A DNA stretch of 5,001 nucleotides from assembly GCF_006345805.1 (NCBI RefSeq), contig NW_021830169.1, forward strand, positions 1 to 5,001, written 5' to 3'. The notes beneath the pieces are model-generated. The model was not told the DNA's origin. It saw nothing but the letters and a program-made list of their open reading frames with translations, and did not search any database. The translations under genes and the position numbers were made by a program. Numbering within the stretch: the stretch's first letter is position 1; every line of letters begins with the position of its first letter. Positions 1 through 5,001 of the stretch are shown one piece after another. Source of the DNA: Octopus sinensis. Its lineage: Eukaryota.

Positions 1-41
<41 letters not shown>

Positions 42-59
42 GTCTATCTATCTATCTAT
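1..59. repeat. (TATC)n microsatellite, ~14 units, one TGTC variant; continues off the left edge
   Basis: Direct reading. Confidence 0.97.
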
Positions 60-213
60 TTTTTCTTTAATTTTATTCCCCTCTTTTATTGTCCGTTTTC
101 TTTCCTTTACGCTACCTTTGATCGAAAACCAAACCCCCTTTTTTTACCCCAAAAGAAAAGCTCTACCTTGTAATTGTCCTGTCGTGTGCAGCCTGTGTGG
201 CTAATAAAGAAAC
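60..213 (+). mobile_element. Probable 3' end/3'UTR fragment of a non-LTR retroposon
   Basis: Pyrimidine-rich stretch ending ...GCCTGTGTGGCTAATAAAGAAA (AATAAA 203-208), running directly into a simple-repeat tail. The last ~50 nt align by eye (~70%) to the 3' tail of the SINE units at 4699-4750 and 4879-4930 on the opposite strand. Confidence 0.5.
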
Positions 214-287
214 ATATATCTATCTATCTCTATATAGATCGACAGATATAGATGGATAATATAGTAGATAGATAGATAGATAGACAG

Positions 288-343
<56 letters not shown>

Positions 344-360
344 GAGAGAGATAGATTGAT
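214..360. repeat. Compound microsatellite: short (TATC)n switching to (GATA)n (265-340) and (GA)n (341-350)
   Basis: Direct reading; polarity flips at palindrome TCTATATAGA (229-238). Confidence 0.95.
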
Positions 361-530
361 ATTTTGATATCATTGTATGGATGTACATTTGTATGAATAT
401 ACAAGATTTGCCGCAAGTAAGAGAAAAAACGAACATTTCTTTCGCATTTTCCCAAACAAATTCCTGCAACAAATGTGTTGTTCATGTGATCTTGGAAAGA
501 CAGGTTAATCGCAACAAATTATTTCCTCAG

Positions 531-560
531 TCTCTGCATTGCATGGAATCGAATGGAATG
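531..560 (+). other. Candidate 30-nt micro-exon
   Basis: TTAAT branch-like motif (505-509), AG-free gap, acceptor ATTTCCTCAG (AG 529-530), donor ATG|GTAAGA (561). Open in all three frames; no product recognised. Confidence 0.25.
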
Positions 561-654
561 GTAAGAGACTGTAAAATATCCTTCAGACAAATCATGCTGA
601 AAAAGCAATAGCTAGTCCATAGTTATTGACATCGAATAAATTGCCTTTCCCCAG

Positions 655-679
655 GTGGAAATTCAAAAATTATGTACAG
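655..679 (+). other. Candidate 25-nt micro-exon
   Basis: TTGAC branch-like motif (626-630), AG-free gap, acceptor GCCTTTCCCCAG (AG 653-654), donor CAG|GTAAAT (680). No product recognised. Confidence 0.3.
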
Positions 680-940
680 GTAAATCCGATTATTATTGCC
701 AATTTTCGGCAAGATTAAAATCAAGAAAATTCACTCGTGTGAATATATACTTTCATAAATATTTAGTTCGTTGGCAGAGTTAGTAATAAAGTGTAAAGTC
801 ACATTTAAAGTTATGATTTGCCTGTGGTGCGAGGCGCTGATATTGCAGTCTGGTAGAGATAGGTAGAATTTTGCCAATTATATGCAAGTAAATGACGTTA
901 TAAATCAAATCAGGATGATTTTACAAACGTATTTCTGCAT

Positions 941-966
941 AGATATATATATATATATAATATATA

Positions 967-1015
<49 letters not shown>

Positions 1016-1098
1016 GTATATATATATGTATATATATAATATGTATAAAATACATATATATGTATGTAATATATTTATATATAATTTTATATAATATG

Positions 1099-1140
<42 letters not shown>

Positions 1141-1408
1141 ATATGGTATAAATATATATATATAATATATTATTTATATATTATATGTAAAATATTAATA
1201 TATATTTATTTATATATATATATGTATAAATATATAAATATGTTATATATATATTTATTTATATAATATGTATAAATATATTATTGTATTATATATATTG
1301 TATATATATATATTATATATATTATATATATAACATGTATAAATATACATATATATGTATGTCTGTATGTATATATATATATATGTATATATATATGTAT
1401 AACTATAC

Positions 1409-1440
<32 letters not shown>

Positions 1441-1462
1441 ATATATATATATATATATAATA

Positions 1463-1499
<37 letters not shown>

Positions 1500-1500
1500 G
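941..1500. repeat. ~560 bp (TA)n-dominated low-complexity tract with a (TATG)n section (~1415-1440) and a cryptic TAATATGTATAAA motif
   Basis: Direct reading; almost exclusively A/T. Confidence 0.95.
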
Positions 1501-2055
1501 GTATGTGTGTATGTGAAAGCCAAAAAGAGACGCTATGACACATTACGTATTCATGATTCCCTGTATTTATCAGAGTAACTATATCAATCTATCTCTGTGT
1601 ATGCGTGTGTATGACTGCTTCGGGAATGTATTTGGATTGTTCGATGTCTGTGTGTGAATTTATAGGTTTATTGAGATAGAAGCGATTTATCCATTATGGA
1701 ACGCTCCGTACTGAAAAACCACACACATTCATTCACACAGAGGCGTACACATTCAGAGATGTGCTCGCAGACACACGTATATATTTGTATATATATACAC
1801 AGATATGTGTATATATATATGTATATGGTGACACCGAAAGCAAAGATTTTATTGTACACGTGAATCTTTAAGATATGTAACAGTAAATATATTACACACA
1901 CTATAAGAAAATAATAAGATGTTTTACTCCATCGCTTTCTTTTGAAAAACTAATATCTTCTCTATGATAAACTGGCGACGACTCGTATATATCTGGATAC
2001 CTGCATATGCATAGAGGCTTAAAGGCATATATAATCATACTCTTGTAAACAGTAG

Positions 2056-2126
2056 TATATATATATATATAGTATATATATATATATATATATACGATAA
2101 TAAATCTCTGAAAGATGTATATATAT

Positions 2127-2159
<33 letters not shown>

Positions 2160-2193
2160 GATTATATATATATATATGTATATATGTATATAT
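2056..2193. repeat. Interrupted (TA)n microsatellite
   Basis: Direct reading. Confidence 0.9.
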
Positions 2194-2224
2194 GCATTTT
2201 CATATATTTATGAATGTGTGTATA

Positions 2225-2320
2225 AGCAAGTGATCTATAGGTTAGGGATTTGTGCTTTTAATCGATCGCAGGCGAGTTTATTACTCAACATCGTGGTTTC
2301 GAATCTCGGAGCGGGCAACG
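2225..2320 (+). mobile_element. Degenerate tRNA-derived SINE head fragment
   Basis: A-box-like TGATCTATAGGTTAG (2231-2245) and B-box-like GGTTTCGAATC (2295-2305). Shares an exact 18-mer, ATCGTGGTTTCGAATCTC (2290-2307), with the SINE at 2532-2549. No SINE body follows. Confidence 0.55.
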
Positions 2321-2499
2321 AAATTTTGTTTGTAAGTAAAATGTAATTTTTTTTTCCTATTCGACAGTACACGAAGGTTTTACATAGCTTTGGACACATA
2401 CTACACCCACCCACGAACCAATCCACACACATATATGTAATATTTACGTATATATGAAGATAAAATTGCATATATGCAATATATATATATACCATTCGT

Positions 2500-2738
2500 G
2501 GAGGCACAAGGCCTAGTGGTTAGAGCAGCGGATCGTGGTTTCGAATCTCACCGGGAGGTGTGTGTGTGTGTTTATGAGCCAACACCTAAGCTCCACGCGG
2601 CTCCAGCAGAAGTTAATGGTGAACTTCTGCAGACTTTTTCGCCACAAATTTCTCTCACTCTTTCCTCCTGCGGGGAACCTATACGCCAAGGAAACCGGGA
2701 AGCCGGCCCTTACGAGCCAGGCGTGGTTCGAGAAGGAA
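2500..2738 (+). mobile_element. tRNA-derived SINE with internal deletion(s), resembling octopus tRNA-Arg-like SINEs (family recalled from memory)
   Basis: GC-rich island. A-box-like AGGCCTAGTGG (2509-2519), B-box-like GGTTTCGAATC (2537-2547), then (GT)n, body ...AACACCTAAGCTCCACGCGGCTCC... and 3' end ...GAAACCGGGAAGCCGGCCCTTACGAGCCAGGCGTGGTTCGAGAAGGAA. Possible degenerate TSD at 2488-2497 and 2746-2757. Confidence 0.75.
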
Positions 2739-2791
2739 TGTAATTTATACATCATTCACTATCACACAAATTCTTACACCCACCATCTCCG

Positions 2792-2830
2792 TATCTATGT
2801 ATATATATATGTATATGCATATATATTTAT

Positions 2831-2873
<43 letters not shown>

Positions 2874-2898
2874 ACACACATATATATATGTATTTATA
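2792..2898. repeat. (TA)n/(TACA)n compound microsatellite
   Basis: Direct reading. Confidence 0.9.
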
Positions 2899-3093
2899 AC
2901 GAAGGCAAGTGACTACAAAGTCAATCAAGGATTAAATATTAAGATTAGATAGAATTTATTTTACTCTTCTCCTAATTGATTTTCTCCGTGATGTTCTACG
3001 CATACACCAACATATGTAGGTGACTTCACATGACCAAAAGGACTATCACTGTTTGAATGTCACACCCTGTCGAGTAATCAAGCGCCATCTTAT

Positions 3094-3185
3094 CACACAC
3101 ACACACACACGCACACACAAACACACACGTGGGCACACACACAAGCCTACACATAGGCGCACACACACACACACACACACACACA
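3094..3185. repeat. Interrupted (CA)n microsatellite
   Basis: Direct reading. Confidence 0.92.
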
Positions 3186-3280
3186 GTACGCATAACACCT
3201 GATTTCTGTAACTGAATCTCATCTCGAAATCAGAAGAATATTTCATCACCATAAACAGAAATATGAATGCACGTACCAAC

Positions 3281-3289
3281 ATATATATA

Positions 3290-3347
<58 letters not shown>

Positions 3348-3455
3348 AACACACACGCACATACATGTATATATATAATAAATATATATATATATATGTA
3401 CATACATAAATATACATATGTGTATATATATACATTTTGTATACACAACACACAC

Positions 3456-3490
<35 letters not shown>

Positions 3491-3556
3491 GATATATATC
3501 TACACATATGTATGTTTTATACTTGTGTATATATATATATATATGTTCACATATAT
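3281..3556. repeat. (TA)n/(CA)n compound microsatellite, including a pure (AT)~23 tract at 3295-3340
   Basis: Direct reading. Confidence 0.92.
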
Positions 3557-3620
3557 CTAATTTTCTATATGCACATGCGTATAGAAGTATGCGTAAGCAA
3601 ACATAACTGTATACTACCAA

Positions 3621-3658
<38 letters not shown>

Positions 3659-3682
3659 TCTATCTATCTATCTATCTATCTG

Positions 3683-3766
<84 letters not shown>

Positions 3767-3833
3767 TATCTGTCTCTTTGTCTATCTGTCTCTCTGTCTG
3801 TGTATATATCTAGCTAGCTAGCTATCTATCTAT
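3621..3833. repeat. (TATC)n (3621-3770), then (TCTG)/(TC) and (TAGC)n (3811-3824)
   Basis: Direct reading. Confidence 0.95.
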
Positions 3834-4190
3834 ATCTCTCTCTTCCCGTCTCTCATTCCCCCTCTCTCTCTCTATATATATATATAGTATGTGTGTGTGT
3901 ATGTGTATGTGTGTGTATGTGTGTGTATATATGTATGCATATTGAATGAGAGAGATACTGAGACACACACATGCACACACACAAGCATAACATATGTATT
4001 CATACACGTATATATACGTATTTCTATAGAAATACACAGATATATATATAGCCACGTGCACGTGTATACGTAAGTATATAACCTTCTCCATGCCTATATA
4101 TATATATATATATATATAAATATGGGGGGTGCGTGTGTTTATGTGTATGCATGTGTGCTTCTGTGTGTGTGTGTGAGCATGACTATCCGT
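3834..4190. repeat. Mosaic of (TC)n, (TA)n, (TG)n and (CA)n simple repeats
   Basis: Direct reading. Confidence 0.85.
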
Positions 4191-4296
4191 GCGTGCTTGC
4201 ATATAGGAATGCTAAAAGATATACAAGAAGGAGATCCCGCCTCGTCTAAATTTGGTTTTGTTCAGGAAGGAGGTCGTTGTCAGCGGGCCATTGTCT

Positions 4297-4343
4297 CTGA
4301 TGAGCCTCAGCCTCATTAAGAATGAATTATGAGGCTTAACGTT
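4297..4343 (+). ncRNA. Degenerate hammerhead-ribozyme-like motif, predicted inactive
   Basis: CTGATGA (4297-4303), then helix GCCTCA(T)/(A)TGAGGC (4304-4335, with a 6-nt GCCTCA duplication), then TTAACGTT where an active hammerhead has GAAAC-GTH. G12 and A13 are absent and stem I is poor. Confidence 0.3.
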
Positions 4344-4402
4344 GCGTGAATCGTCTACTAAATTCCATTCAATTGCTCCTGGCAGAGATGGATGGACCTT
4401 CG

Positions 4403-4554
4403 AAATAAATAAATAAATAAAATTATAAATAAATAATAATGATACTACTACTACTACTACTACTACAACTACTACTACTTACTACTACTATACTACTACT
4501 ACTACTACTACTACTACTAATAATAATAATAATAATTATAATAATAATAATAAT
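4403..4554. repeat. Compound (AAAT)n (4403-4434), (TAC)~25 (4443-4517) and (TAA)~12 (4518-4554)
   Basis: Direct reading. Confidence 0.97.
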
Positions 4555-4556
4555 GA

Positions 4557-5001
4557 CAATAAGGATCCTTTCAATAAAAGTCGCAAAGTCTGAAAATGTT
4601 TCTTTACATCGACTCTACTGCTACCGGCTCCGAAAGGATGAATGGTAAAGTCGACCTTGGCGGAATTTGAAGTCATAACGTAAAGACAGACGAAATATCT
4701 ATTTCTTTCCTACCTACAAGGAGCTGAACACAGAGGGGACAAACAAGAACAAAAGGATTAAGTCGATGACATCGATCCCAGTGCGCAACTGGTACTTAAT
4801 TTATCGACCCCGAAAGGATGAAAGGCAAAGTCTACCTCGGTGGAATTTGAACTCAGAACGTAAAGACAGACGAAATACCTATTTCTTTATACTCCACAAG
4901 GGGCTAAAAACAGAGGGGACAACAAGGACAGACGAAGGGATTAAGTCGATTACATCGACCCCAGTGCGCAACTGATACTTAGTCTATCGATCTCGGAAGG
5001 A
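4557..5001 (-). mobile_element. Head-to-tail array of 5'-truncated tRNA-derived SINE units, period 180-183 bp, truncated by the window edge
   Basis: 4631-4810 vs 4811-4993 are ~85% identical by manual alignment (CGAAAGGATG at 4631/4811; TAAAGACAGACGAAATA at 4681/4861; CAGAGGGGAC at 4731/4911). Minus-strand B-box GAGTTCAAATTCC (4854-4842) with a mutated copy at 4674-4662. The central GCCTTTCATCCTTTCGGGGTCGATAAA resembles, from memory, the conserved MetaSINE-type domain. A (TTA)n tail lies at the element 3' end. Confidence 0.85.

Noticed and set aside
544-561. GGAAT/CGAAT pentamers as a heat-shock element or satellite
   Set aside because: The nGAAn units are direct, not alternately inverted, and there are only three.
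699-746. Small hairpins TTGCC/GGCAA and ATTCAC/GTGAAT
   Set aside because: Stems of 5-6 bp are background level.
1666-1714. Possible terminal exon reading FIEIEAIYPLWNAPY* after TTTATAG
   Set aside because: Weak pyrimidine tract, short frame, no recognisable product; compatible with chance.
2500-2560. tRNA gene
   Set aside because: No anticodon arm or acceptor stem, and it continues into a SINE body.
2474-2912. Overlapping ORFs 2474-2743, 2513-2755 and 2535-2912
   Set aside because: They run through the GC-rich SINE body; no recognisable protein.
3199-3233. 8-bp inverted repeat CTGATTTC/GAAATCAG
   Set aside because: Short stem with a 19-nt loop; expected by chance.
201-4648. ORF-track proteins rich in IY, HT, CV, LSIY or poly-L/I
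   Set aside because: Translations of (TA), (CA), (TG), (TATC), (TAC) and (TAA) repeats; no domain or coding signal.
4801-4840. CCGAAAGGATGAAA in the 180-bp unit, resembling hammerhead stem II plus GAAA (retrozyme-like tandem)
   Set aside because: TTATCGA stands where CUGANGA is required, in all units; better explained as the antisense of the SINE central domain.
4766-4975. 69-aa ORF with repeated TSxPVRN
   Set aside because: Antisense reading of the tandem SINE units; the repeat mirrors the 183-bp period.
4631-5001. CRISPR-like or prokaryotic repeat array
   Set aside because: No short repeat/unique spacer pattern; whole 180-bp units are homologous and the context is eukaryotic.

Overview
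AT-rich eukaryotic non-coding DNA (intron or intergenic), roughly half simple repeats: (TATC)/(GATA), (TA), (CA)/(TG), (AAAT), (TAC), (TAA). No credible long CDS; nearly all ORF-track entries are translated microsatellites (IY, HT, CV, LSIY, L/I runs). The complex islands are mostly retroposon debris: a + strand retroposon 3' end (60-213), two tRNA-derived SINE heads (2225-2320; 2500-2738) and a minus-strand head-to-tail SINE array with a ~180 bp period (4557-5001, runs off the window). I recall these SINE sequences and this microsatellite density from Octopus genomes; that is from memory, not a search. Best leads: (1) a degenerate hammerhead-ribozyme-like motif at 4297-4343, resembling the minimal hammerheads of Penelope-like elements but lacking an intact core; (2) the SINE array with two matching truncation junctions; (3) a ~50 nt 3' tail shared between the 60-213 element and the SINE units; (4) a cluster of possible micro-exons at 406-679. 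Nothing here demonstrates a new biological system; these are testable leads.
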